A stretch of 43,762 bases of DNA, taken from contig JAFGKP010000133.1 in the NCBI GenBank assembly GCA_016928455.1, forward strand, positions 1-43,762. The letters are read 5' to 3'. Below, one piece after another: positions 27,171 to 35,983 of the stretch; positions within the stretch are counted from its first letter, which is position 1, and each line of letters opens with the position of its first letter. The position numbers were made by a program, and so were the translations under genes. The stretch is from Methanomicrobia archaeon. GTDB taxonomy: Archaea > Halobacteriota > Syntropharchaeia > Alkanophagales > Methanospirareceae. Below the pieces are notes generated by a model that made no database searches, was not told where the DNA came from, and saw nothing but the letters and a program-made list of their open reading frames with translations.

Positions 27171-28076
27171 TTATGCGCGCATGAGCTGTTCTAGCTGCCG
27201 GATAATGTGCCCTCTGAGCTCGTTAGCTGCCAGTGAGGCAGTAAGATGTCCTTTTTCCAGTGTCACGATCCGCCGGTTGCCATAGCAGATCCGTTGACGA
27301 TCAAAACGGATGATCTGATCATGCTGTGCCAGTAACGGGAATACGTTATTCGCTTGTATTCGTGCGAACTCCGGCTCGAAATTGAGCACCGCTCTCAGTT
27401 CTTCGGGGCTCGCGCGCGCGCAACGCCCGGTCAGCTTTCGATAAACAGAACTCGTAAAGATGTCGCCAAGCGCCGCACCGGCGAGTAAGGGCACATAGCT
27501 ATCGGCGGTATTGTAAAACGCGCGGTGGATATTTGTGACCCAGCCGCCCAGGCTGATACCGGTCACCATCACACGGCTGCCCGTACTCAATTTGAAATAG
27601 CTCGTCAAATCGTCAACGAGCGTAACTGAGACGGCAATCATGGCCGCGAACTTCGCCAGATAGCGCAGTTGCTCCGCATAGGTCTTCAGTGAGCGCCGGT
27701 GAAAAGGCGCGGCGAGCACAATGAGGTTAGCCTGAATGGGCTCACGCGAGCCGAGGAAGATCCGCTTGAAGCTTGTCGTGCTGAACCAGCGGAAATCAAA
27801 GGGGCGCTCTGCGTTCCCGTGATGCCAGAGTACTGTAGGGTACTCCTCGCCTAGCCATTGGGCGATACAAAATGCGGGCTTGAGACGTCCAACGAGCGAT
27901 TCCGCGGTGAGCTCGTAAACCCCCTGGCCCTTTATTACGGGTAGCCGCAACTTTATCCTGGCTAGATGCTCAGCAAGCGGCGGGCTCTCGATACTCGCAC
28001 TGAAGAATTTGTACCGATCTAACGCGAGTGCAGAAAGCTCTACCGAGAGGGTGTCGATGAGTGCGTGATAGTTCAT
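27171..28076 (-). CDS. Alpha/beta-hydrolase-fold protein
   Basis: Nucleophile elbow GISLGG, downstream Asp and EKGH candidates for the triad. Start set at MNYHAL (28076); the 131 upstream codons of the track ORF overlap the divergent gene and look spurious. Confidence 0.55.
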   Translation of the reverse strand: MNYHALIDTLSVELSALALDRYKFFSASIESPPLAEHLARIKLRLPVIKGQGVYELTAESLVGRLKPAFCIAQWLGEEYPTVLWHHGNAERPFDFRWFSTTSFKRIFLGSREPIQANLIVLAAPFHRRSLKTYAEQLRYLAKFAAMIAVSVTLVDDLTSYFKLSTGSRVMVTGISLGGWVTNIHRAFYNTADSYVPLLAGAALGDIFTSSVYRKLTGRCARASPEELRAVLNFEPEFARIQANNVFPLLAQHDQIIRFDRQRICYGNRRIVTLEKGHLTASLAANELRGHIIRQLEQLMRA

Positions 28077-28200
28077 GGTGCTGTAGTAAATCGGATCAAG
28101 TTCCGGCTCATGAGATAAACAGAAGGGGGAGGTATTAAGGAGTATCGCACCGGCCTGGGCCTTTTGAAAACCTTTAAGGGAGCAACCAGTAAGTACCTTT

Positions 28201-29490
28201 GTGAAGTGGCTCAGTCGGCTCCGTGGCAGGGAGGAAATCGCAGTACCAACCACCGTGATTTTCGAGGAGCTTGATGCATGGTTGGCGCAGGTCTCGAAAT
28301 CGCTCCTCGGTGATCTCAGTACGAACGCCGAGCAGGGATATACCGCGATTCGTGAGAGTCGTGACCGTCTCAAGCAACGTGTTGCTGAGCTCGAGGACGC
28401 GGACTCGACAGAGCAGGTGCCGGATCGTATCGTGAAGATCGGGTTAACGAGCCGGAAGAAGATGATCAAGCATCTCCAGGCGATAACCGAAAAGATTACG
28501 CCGCCCGCACAGACCGATTATCACACTATTATAGCCTTTCATCGTGAGACCACCGCGGCACTCGAATTCCCGTTTGGCAAATCGCAGACCAATATCTACT
28601 GTGTCCGCTCGCTCTTCCCTAACGAGATCAAAGAGATCATCAATGAGCTAAACCAGCTGCGAAGCGGCCTCGACCTGCTGATCGCGCCGTTACAGGGCAA
28701 AAAGCAGCAGCTTCAGGTGCTGGAACGCATGCCTGAACTCGTGGCGAACATCAAGAAGCTGCATGCAGAGCTCCTACAGGAACGCGAGCACCTCAGCAAC
28801 GAGGAAAACGAGCTCACAGCGCTCAACCAGCGCATTGAGACTGAGCGGAAGCAGCAGCAAACGCTGGAAGCAGGTGAAGAATGGCAGCGGTTCACCGCGC
28901 TCGAGCACGAGCGATCAGTCTTACAGGCGGAGCTGGAAAAACTCGAGTCAAACGTGCAAAAGCTCTTCACACCGCTCTCTAAACCGCTGACGCTGCTCAT
29001 GAAACAGGACGAATCAGGCCGCCTCTCGCTCGCGCCGGTCGATCGGCGTGCGATCTCGTCACTCCTCGAATCGCCGAGTCAGGCACTTGAGGGCGATATC
29101 ACGGGATCGCTCAGCAGTATAAAGGGGCTCATTGAGGACGATCCCACGGTATTAAAGGATCGAAAACGCGAGACTGTACTGAGCTGGCTGGATAAGCTAC
29201 TCAAGGCTGATCTTGTCTCGATCGCAGAGAAACGGCGGAGATTACTATCGCAGATCGCAGAAGTGGATGCTTCCTGTGCGAATGCAGCGATCCTGCAGGA
29301 GAAAGAGGAGCGCAAGCGGGCGCTTTCGGACGCGCAGGAGCAACTCACGCAAGCACAGGGGGAACGTGAGCGCGCAACAAAGCGAATCGCTACGCTCGAG
29401 ACTGATCTTGTTAAAACGAAGCAGTTCTTAGATGCCGCATTGACTGAGCTTGCCGGCAAGGAGATCGAACTCGTGCTCGAAGTGCCGTGA
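28201..29490 (+). CDS. Uncharacterised long coiled-coil protein (429 aa)
   Basis: Extended heptad-rich, Glu/Leu/Gln/Lys-rich segments throughout. No enzymatic motif. GTG start. Confidence 0.5.
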   Translation: MKWLSRLRGREEIAVPTTVIFEELDAWLAQVSKSLLGDLSTNAEQGYTAIRESRDRLKQRVAELEDADSTEQVPDRIVKIGLTSRKKMIKHLQAITEKITPPAQTDYHTIIAFHRETTAALEFPFGKSQTNIYCVRSLFPNEIKEIINELNQLRSGLDLLIAPLQGKKQQLQVLERMPELVANIKKLHAELLQEREHLSNEENELTALNQRIETERKQQQTLEAGEEWQRFTALEHERSVLQAELEKLESNVQKLFTPLSKPLTLLMKQDESGRLSLAPVDRRAISSLLESPSQALEGDITGSLSSIKGLIEDDPTVLKDRKRETVLSWLDKLLKADLVSIAEKRRRLLSQIAEVDASCANAAILQEKEERKRALSDAQEQLTQAQGERERATKRIATLETDLVKTKQFLDAALTELAGKEIELVLEVP

Positions 29491-29586
29491 TTTCACGTTC
29501 GGTCCCCGTACGGCTATTATTGCAACCGAATCAATCTTCTCCTTTCAGCTCGGTTTCGTTGCTGTGCTCTCCGGATGCTTGTGCCC

Positions 29587-30984
29587 TTACCCATTTTCCC
29601 GTATCAAAGGGAACTCTTTGGCCGTCCACGCGCGCATACTCCCGAGCACATCGCAGCAGAGATTGGTAAAGCCCGCGCGGAGCAGGATGCTCGCAGCCAG
29701 GCTCGCACGGTGGCCAATATTGCAGAAAACGGAAATCGGACGATCCTGTGGTACTTCATCCAGCCGATTCTGAAGCTGCCCCACATAAATATGGAGCGCG
29801 TCTTTGATATGCCCTTCTCGCCATTCATTCTCATCACGCACGTCGAGCACGAGGAGATCCTCACCGCTTTCAAGCCGATTTTTCAGTGTGTCCACCGTCG
29901 AGAGCCCCAACTGCTCGACCGGAAGACCGGCATTGTACCACCCGACAATACCGCCTTTTAGATACCCAGCGATCTGATCATATCCCAGACGAACGAGGTA
30001 GCGGACCGCAGTCTCAAGCTCGGCACCGGACTCGAGCACCAGGAGCAGCGGCGTATCGTAAGAGAGGACCCAACCCGCAAAGGCAGGTATCCCACCGAGC
30101 CAGATATTGTACGCGCCTTTGATATGAGCCCCGCCAAAGCCAGCTGGAGTTCGCGCATCGAGCACGACCGCGCCATGCGCCAGTTCTTCCTTGAACTCGC
30201 TGGGCGGTAAGGGAGCTGGCAGCGAGATTCTACCCAATCGCGGCGCACCTGCAAGGTTGTACAGTTCCATCTGGCGGAAATAGGGCGGACGTTCATGGTG
30301 CTCGCGAAGCTTGTACGCAACGAATTCCTCTTTATTTCGCACCTGCAAAACGGGATTCTGCATCCGCTCGATGCCTAACGTGCTTTCATTTCGCTCGCTG
30401 ATGTGACCGCCGCAGACCGAGCCAGCACCATGGGCGGGACAGAGAATGATACCGTCGCCGAGCGGGAGAAGCTTCTCAAATATACTCTCGTAGAGCAAGC
30501 CAGCCAGTCGCGGCGCTTCATCCGGCCCATAAAGATCAGTTCGACCCACGTCACTGACGAAGAGTGCATCGCCCGTGAAGACCATGATCGGCTCTGTACC
30601 TGTCGATCGGTCTATCAATACGTACGACATGCTCTCATCAGTATGGCCCGGAGTGTGCAGTGCGGAGAGCTCCAGACGCCCGATCTGGAATAGCGCGCCC
30701 TCCTGTAGCGTTGTGCCATAGCCCCATTCCAGACCCGAGCCGTGAAAGATCTCTGCACCGGTGCGCTCCGCGAGCTCGATCGAACCAACTATATAATCCT
30801 CATTCCGATGCGTCTCGAAGATGTACCTGATGCGCACCTCCTCACGCGCGGCCAGCTCGAGGTAAATCTCACCATCCCTGCGCGGATCAACAACCGCGGC
30901 GGTATCCTGGGATCCGACAAAGTATGAGTTATGCGCCAAACCCGGCGAAGTAATTCGGTTAAAGATCACACCCTTTGGCTCCAA
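29587..30984 (-). CDS. MBL-fold domain fused to two rhodanese domains (persulfide dioxygenase / sulfurtransferase-like)
   Basis: MBL elements HTPGHTDES, FTGDALF, CPAHG. The first motif reads ETHRNEDY rather than HxHxDH. The C-terminal rhodanese has the active-site loop FCNIGHRAS. TTG start, with a TATA-like TTTATATATGA about 20 nt upstream. Confidence 0.7.
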   Translation of the reverse strand: MEPKGVIFNRITSPGLAHNSYFVGSQDTAAVVDPRRDGEIYLELAAREEVRIRYIFETHRNEDYIVGSIELAERTGAEIFHGSGLEWGYGTTLQEGALFQIGRLELSALHTPGHTDESMSYVLIDRSTGTEPIMVFTGDALFVSDVGRTDLYGPDEAPRLAGLLYESIFEKLLPLGDGIILCPAHGAGSVCGGHISERNESTLGIERMQNPVLQVRNKEEFVAYKLREHHERPPYFRQMELYNLAGAPRLGRISLPAPLPPSEFKEELAHGAVVLDARTPAGFGGAHIKGAYNIWLGGIPAFAGWVLSYDTPLLLVLESGAELETAVRYLVRLGYDQIAGYLKGGIVGWYNAGLPVEQLGLSTVDTLKNRLESGEDLLVLDVRDENEWREGHIKDALHIYVGQLQNRLDEVPQDRPISVFCNIGHRASLAASILLRAGFTNLCCDVLGSMRAWTAKEFPLIRENG

Positions 30985-31047
30985 CTGATATAGGCGCAGA
31001 TCATATATAAAGACGAGACGAATGCAGGCAAGCTTGCAAGCTTCTCT

Positions 31048-31113
31048 CTTATACTGTAGAAAAATAGAACTTATACTGTAGAAAAATAGAACTTATACTG
31101 TAGAAAAATAGAA
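31048..31113. repeat. Perfect 3 x 22-bp head-to-tail tandem repeat (CTTATACTGTAGAAAAATAGAA), followed by a degenerate fourth copy
   Basis: Read directly: units at 31048-31069, 31070-31091 and 31092-31113. Lies in the divergent intergenic region between 30984 (minus) and 31183 (plus). GCAAGCTTGCAAGCTT lies just upstream (31028-31043). Confidence 0.9.
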
Positions 31114-31182
31114 CTGTTACTCAGGAGAAATTAGTAATGCAAGCACAAACAAGAGCATGTTACTACACGACTCACCCGAGAA

Positions 31183-32043
31183 ATGATCATTGATGCACGT
31201 GTACGACCGCCGTACAAGAGCTTGCAACAGGTGCTGGCATCCGCGCCAGGAGCGCGGCCATCGGTCAAACGCAGCCCACTTGTCAGCGGCTATGAACGGC
31301 CCGCTTCGATGACCCAGAAATCGCTCGAGCTCTTCCTCGCGGAGATGGATGAGGCCGGTATTACCCGGGGCGTGCTGGTAGGCCGGCAGGCAGGGCACCG
31401 TATGGCCGCAAATGAGGATATCGCAGAACTCCGTGATCGCTTTCCCGACCGATTCCCCGTGGCGCTCGCAGGCATTAACGGAACGGACGTGAATGCGGTT
31501 GCTGAGGTCGAGCGTACGATCACGGACCTGAAGTTTGCGGGTATTGCGATCGATCCTGGCTGGTGGGTGCCACCACGCTACGTTGATGATGACCGCATGT
31601 ATCCGATTTATGAGCGGTGTGCGGAGCTATGCGGCGTCCTGTACCTCACCTGCAGCCTGATGCAGGGGCCGGATATTTCGTACGCAGAGCCCTATCGCAT
31701 CCAGCGGGTCGCGAATGATTTCCCCACGCTGAAGATCGTCGTGGTGCATGGCGCTTTCCCCCACATTCACCAGATGATAGGGGTGATGATCGCGAATGCA
31801 TCGCTCGGTAACCTGTGGGTGCTGCCCGATTTCTTCCAGTTCATTCCCGGCTTCCCGGGCGCACAGGACTGGGTGGACGCGGCGAACCATTATTTAGGCG
31901 ATCGGATACTCTATGGCTCGTCGTATCCGGTGAGGCCGTTGAAGCAGAGCCTGGAAGCGTTTACGCGATTCTCGTACAAGCCGGAGGTGCTGGAGCGATT
32001 GCTCTGGAAGAATGCAGCTGAGCTGTTCGGGATAAAGGATTAA
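31183..32043 (+). CDS. Amidohydrolase-2-like TIM-barrel metal-dependent hydrolase
   Basis: IIDARV N-terminus, VVVHGAFPH and ILYGSSYP resemble PF04909-type amidohydrolases, with non-canonical residues at the usual HxH and SDxP positions. Confidence 0.5.
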   Translation: MIIDARVRPPYKSLQQVLASAPGARPSVKRSPLVSGYERPASMTQKSLELFLAEMDEAGITRGVLVGRQAGHRMAANEDIAELRDRFPDRFPVALAGINGTDVNAVAEVERTITDLKFAGIAIDPGWWVPPRYVDDDRMYPIYERCAELCGVLYLTCSLMQGPDISYAEPYRIQRVANDFPTLKIVVVHGAFPHIHQMIGVMIANASLGNLWVLPDFFQFIPGFPGAQDWVDAANHYLGDRILYGSSYPVRPLKQSLEAFTRFSYKPEVLERLLWKNAAELFGIKD

Positions 32044-32124
32044 TGAGTACCTTTTTCGTATTACCGACATATCAGATGGATGTAGTTTTCGATTCATCTC
32101 AAAACGTTGGTGAAGGGAGATAAA

Positions 32125-33117
32125 ATGCCCGAATCGAGCGTCATGCTCAAAGCTGAACTGGTGGCCATTGGCACGGTTGCTGTGGATGAGTCTGTGCTCT
32201 CAGGCATCTCTGTCTCCACAGCAGGGCCCGGCACAGGGCTCAAATCGATCTTCTTCCGATTCAACGGGCATCGCGTACGTCTGGAGCTCTCAAAGGACTC
32301 GCCACTCACGATGGTCAGTGCGAATGGCGCCGTGATCATCCTGAAAGACGGCAGGGAGCTGGTGCGAGGCGAGCTCGAGCAGATCCTCGCGCACTGCCCT
32401 GAACAGGCGTATATCACGCTGAGTGAGCGCTGCGTTTATGATTGTAAATTCTGCACCGTGCCCATCCTGCAGGGCGACATAAAGACCCTGGACGAGGTCC
32501 TTGGAATTGTTGAACGTGCAGCGAAGACCGGCAAGCTGAAGGCGATCGCGCTCACCACAGGCGTCGCGCACTCACCAGAAGATGAGATCGACCGCGTGAT
32601 TGAAGTAGTGAAAGCGTTGACCCAATTCAACCTACCCATCGGCGTCTCGGTCCATCCCACTTACGATTCATCACAGCGGCTCAAGGACGCTGGGGTTGAT
32701 GAGGTGAAGTACAACGTGGAGACCATGGACCGCACGATCTTCGAACGGGTCTGCAGCGGACGGAAAGGAATATCGCTCGACTTCATACTTGACTCATTAC
32801 GGGATGCTGTGCGTGTCTTTGGGAAGAATCATGTCTCCACGAACTTCATCATCGGGCTCGGTGAAACGGACGAGTGCGTGCGTACGGGCGTGGAGTATCT
32901 GGCGAAGATGGGCGTCATTCCTATTCTCCGACCGATAACGATCCCGCAGCTCAGAAAAGACGAATTAGAGGCTACCAGACCGAGTGGAGAACGGCTGCTG
33001 AAACTCGGCATGATGACCCGCGAACTATTAGAAAAGTACGGGTTTAACGTGGAGGAGGCGCAGACGATGTGTCTCCCGTGCACCGGCTGCGATCTCACCC
33101 CCGTTCGAGATATATGA
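32125..33117 (+). CDS. Radical SAM protein with an about 95-aa N-terminal extension of unknown function
   Basis: CVYDCKFC (CxxxCxxC) cluster motif, BioB/ThiH-like TIM half-barrel pattern (ALTTGV, NVETMD, NFIIGLGET). ATG at 32125 preferred over TTG at 32107. Confidence 0.7.
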   Translation: MPESSVMLKAELVAIGTVAVDESVLSGISVSTAGPGTGLKSIFFRFNGHRVRLELSKDSPLTMVSANGAVIILKDGRELVRGELEQILAHCPEQAYITLSERCVYDCKFCTVPILQGDIKTLDEVLGIVERAAKTGKLKAIALTTGVAHSPEDEIDRVIEVVKALTQFNLPIGVSVHPTYDSSQRLKDAGVDEVKYNVETMDRTIFERVCSGRKGISLDFILDSLRDAVRVFGKNHVSTNFIIGLGETDECVRTGVEYLAKMGVIPILRPITIPQLRKDELEATRPSGERLLKLGMMTRELLEKYGFNVEEAQTMCLPCTGCDLTPVRDI

Positions 33118-33286
33118 GGGCTTCATGCTCAGAGCACTGATATGCACTGTGCTTGTGGCTTCAATCTTTCTGTGCTTCATTCTCCCGTTACCGTTACCTG
33201 ACTCGTTTCGATGTTCGTTGTACTGCAGCGAGTTTTTAATTCCACTAACTATCCCTGGTTGCTCTTCATCTTCAGGGCGCTGAGGC

Positions 33287-34297
33287 TCAGAGCCACTGCT
33301 CGATGCTCCGCTGCGTTTTCTTCAGTGTGTTCGTCCCGGTCTGCACGGTGATCTTTTCGAGCGCCTTACGCACCCGCTCTTCGGAGAAATCGTGCTCCTC
33401 ACAGAGGAATTCGATCACTTGTGCCTCGTTCACGGCGCCCCACGCGAGTTCGTACGACTCGTTCACTGCGGGCTGCAGGAAGATCTCACGCACGTGCGCG
33501 TAGCCTTCTAACCCTTCAGCCTCCGTGAACATACCGGCTTCCAGGATCTGCCCGATACCGTGATGCTCTCTGATGAGCTTGAGCGCGCGTTTCGCGCCGA
33601 CGCCCTTCACACCCGGGTTGAAATCGGTACCGATGAGGATAGCGAGATCCACGAGTTCTTCCCTCGTTATGCCCTGCTCTGCTTCGAGTTCGTGTAACGA
33701 AATAAGCTCGAGCTTCGCGTCGCGCCGCGGCGCAGTGAGATTCCGGATCATCACCGGCGCGCCGAAGAGCAGGCAGTCGAAATCCTGGGAGGAAACGAGC
33801 TCAGCATCGCCTTTTTTAACCATATACGCGGCCTGTGCCTCCCCTTCTGTTGGCGCCTGCACGCAGGGGACGCCCAAATACCGCAGGAGAATGTGCGCAT
33901 CCTCAATGATCTCGTCGCTGAGTCGTGTCGATGCTTTAGCGTACTTCAGTGCCTCTTCAGGCGCCACCACCTTCGCCACTTCCCATTTCTGCCGCGCTTC
34001 CCTGCGCCGCTCCGACCGTGCCCGGATCACCTCGGTCTTCAGCTCCGAGGGTTGACCGTCGAAGACGAAGATCAGCTTCATGTGCAGCTCCAATAACCGG
34101 GACGTGCGGTAGATCAGGCCGGAGAGGTGCGAGGTGACCCGGCCCTGAGCGTCCTGGAGCGGCGTGCCGTCCGGCTGGCGGATGATGCTCAGAAACTGGT
34201 AGAGCGTATTGTAAGCGTCGATCGCAACGATCTTGCCAGCAAGTGCTTCCAACTTCGTTGCACGGGGTGATACAAGGTCGCCAATGTTGACTCCCAT
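33287..34297 (-). CDS. fen: Flap endonuclease 1 (FEN1)
   Basis: MGVNIGDLV...IAIDAYNTLYQFLS...DGTPL, FVFDG, SQDFDCLLFG, GTDFNPGVKGVGAKRA. C-terminal PIP box QRSIEQWL (33290-33313). Start set at 34297; the 90 upstream codons of the track ORF are rejected. Confidence 0.9.
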   Translation of the reverse strand: MGVNIGDLVSPRATKLEALAGKIVAIDAYNTLYQFLSIIRQPDGTPLQDAQGRVTSHLSGLIYRTSRLLELHMKLIFVFDGQPSELKTEVIRARSERRREARQKWEVAKVVAPEEALKYAKASTRLSDEIIEDAHILLRYLGVPCVQAPTEGEAQAAYMVKKGDAELVSSQDFDCLLFGAPVMIRNLTAPRRDAKLELISLHELEAEQGITREELVDLAILIGTDFNPGVKGVGAKRALKLIREHHGIGQILEAGMFTEAEGLEGYAHVREIFLQPAVNESYELAWGAVNEAQVIEFLCEEHDFSEERVRKALEKITVQTGTNTLKKTQRSIEQWL

Positions 34298-34877
34298 GGT
34301 TGGTTCGTGTAGGTGGGTAGATGAGTGGCGGGTGAGTGTAGTCACAACAACGACCACGCATCTATCGGTAACATGGGTGTGCGAGCTTATTAAAGCGAGT
34401 GCCCTGAATACCGCTCGTGCTTTGATGCCAAAGTCGCTTCTATTCCTACTAACGTTGTGCATTTTTCGGGCGTTCGCAGCAAGGCTTGTTAGCGCCAAAG
34501 TAAGTTCTTGCGCTAAAACTAGATAGTGCTGTCCACACAGAGGATGAACTGTTTCTGGTTCTTTCATAGTCTCGCTACCTCATGAGATACTACTCCGATA
34601 CCAAAGCGGGGAAGAGATCCCTCGTTTAACGCCGGCCTACTATGAGTAGAGCAGATAACCACTCAGCCCCGTCGGTGCTTTTTATGCTTTAACCACCTAC
34701 CTACACGGGTAAAGAAATAAAATAACGTAGGGTCTACTATCAAGCGGCTCAGGCGGCTTGGATCGCATCACACGCACCGTCGCGGCTCATCGCGTTCGTG
34801 CCTGCGAATGCACGCCTGCCAGTCACTCAGACTGACCTGATACTCACTACAGAATCGAGGAGAAGAGAAGCGAAAAG

Positions 34878-35348
34878 ATGGACGTTGTTGAAGTCCTGGT
34901 AGAAGGGGGAAAAGCGAACCCGGGTCCACCCTTAGGGCCCGCGCTGGGACCCTTAGGGGTTAATATCAAGCAGATCGTTGCCCAGGTGAACGAGAAGACG
35001 AAGGTTTACGAGGGCATGTCCGTGCCCGTAAAGATTACGATCGCGGGCAATACTGTGGATATCTCGGTGGGTGTACCGCCGACGGCGGCGCTGATTAAGA
35101 AGGAGATCGGGCTCGATAAGGCGAAGACCGATTCGACCACCGAGTATACCGGTGAGATCTCGCTCGAACAACTGAAGAAGGTTGCGGCGATGAAGCGCGA
35201 AGGGATCCTGGCCGCGTCGATGAAAGCAGCGGTGAAGGAGCTGGTCGGCACCTGCGTCTCCATGCGCTTGAAGGTCGAAGGCAAGAGCCCGAAGGAGATC
35301 CAGCGCGAGATTGACGCCGGTGTCTATGACGGGGTGATAAGCGAATAA
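34878..35348 (+). CDS. rpl11: 50S ribosomal protein L11 (uL11)
   Basis: GGKANPGPPLGPALGPLGVNI signature, 156 aa. Confidence 0.9.
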   Translation: MDVVEVLVEGGKANPGPPLGPALGPLGVNIKQIVAQVNEKTKVYEGMSVPVKITIAGNTVDISVGVPPTAALIKKEIGLDKAKTDSTTEYTGEISLEQLKKVAAMKREGILAASMKAAVKELVGTCVSMRLKVEGKSPKEIQREIDAGVYDGVISE

Positions 35349-35349
35349 G

Positions 35350-35973
35350 ATGGAAGTAGAAGAGCTTGTGAGCGCGGTAGAGGAAGTGTTAGGCTCGAAG
35401 GAGCGCGGATTTGTCGAGAGTGTTGATCTCTGTATCAATTTGAAGAATGTTGATTTAAAACAGCCGAAGAACCGGATCACGGTCGACGTGGTCTTACCGA
35501 AGCAGATAAAGAAGCCGAAGATCGCCGTTTTCGCCTCCGGTGAGGCGGCGATGAAGTCCAAAGCGGCCGGCGCGGACGTTATCGATCCAGAAGAGCTGAA
35601 GAAGATGGATAAGAAGACCGCACGAACGCTGGTTCAGAAGTATGATTACTTCGTGGCCGACACAGCGCTCATGGCGCTGGTCGGTAAGAGCCTGGGCACG
35701 ATTCTGGGCCCGCGTGGCAAGATGCCACAGCCGCTCCCGACTGCTGTTGATCCCGCTCCACTCCTTGAGCGCCTGGCGAAGATCGCGCGGATTAAGTCGA
35801 AGACCACTACGATCTGGGTGAACGTAGGCCGCCGTGACATGGCTGCGCGCGACATCGCGGAGAACGCGGATGCGGTACTCAAAGCGGTAGAAACGCGGCT
35901 GGAGCGCGGGTGGCAGAATATCGGCTCTGTCTACCTGAAGACGACCATGGGGCCGGCGGTAAAGGTAGTCTGA
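35350..35973 (+). CDS. rpl1: 50S ribosomal protein L1 (uL1)
   Basis: FVESVDLCINL, YDYFVAD, LGPRGKMP. The start follows the L11 stop by 1 nt. Confidence 0.9.
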   Translation: MEVEELVSAVEEVLGSKERGFVESVDLCINLKNVDLKQPKNRITVDVVLPKQIKKPKIAVFASGEAAMKSKAAGADVIDPEELKKMDKKTARTLVQKYDYFVADTALMALVGKSLGTILGPRGKMPQPLPTAVDPAPLLERLAKIARIKSKTTTIWVNVGRRDMAARDIAENADAVLKAVETRLERGWQNIGSVYLKTTMGPAVKVV

Positions 35974-35983
35974 GGTAACGAGT

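Noticed and set aside
28077-28469. 131-codon N-terminal extension of the alpha/beta-hydrolase ORF
   Set aside because: The extension overlaps the divergent coiled-coil gene and is Ser/Arg-rich low-complexity sequence. The hydrolase fold begins after the internal Met at 28076.
31048-31113. 22-bp repeat array considered as a CRISPR array
   Set aside because: The units are directly abutting with no spacers, there are only three copies, and no cas genes are nearby. It is a simple tandem repeat.
34298-34567. 90-codon N-terminal extension of the FEN1 ORF
   Set aside because: FEN1 proteins begin with MG(V/I)...L at the conserved N-terminal nuclease domain. The extension has no homology signature and a different composition.
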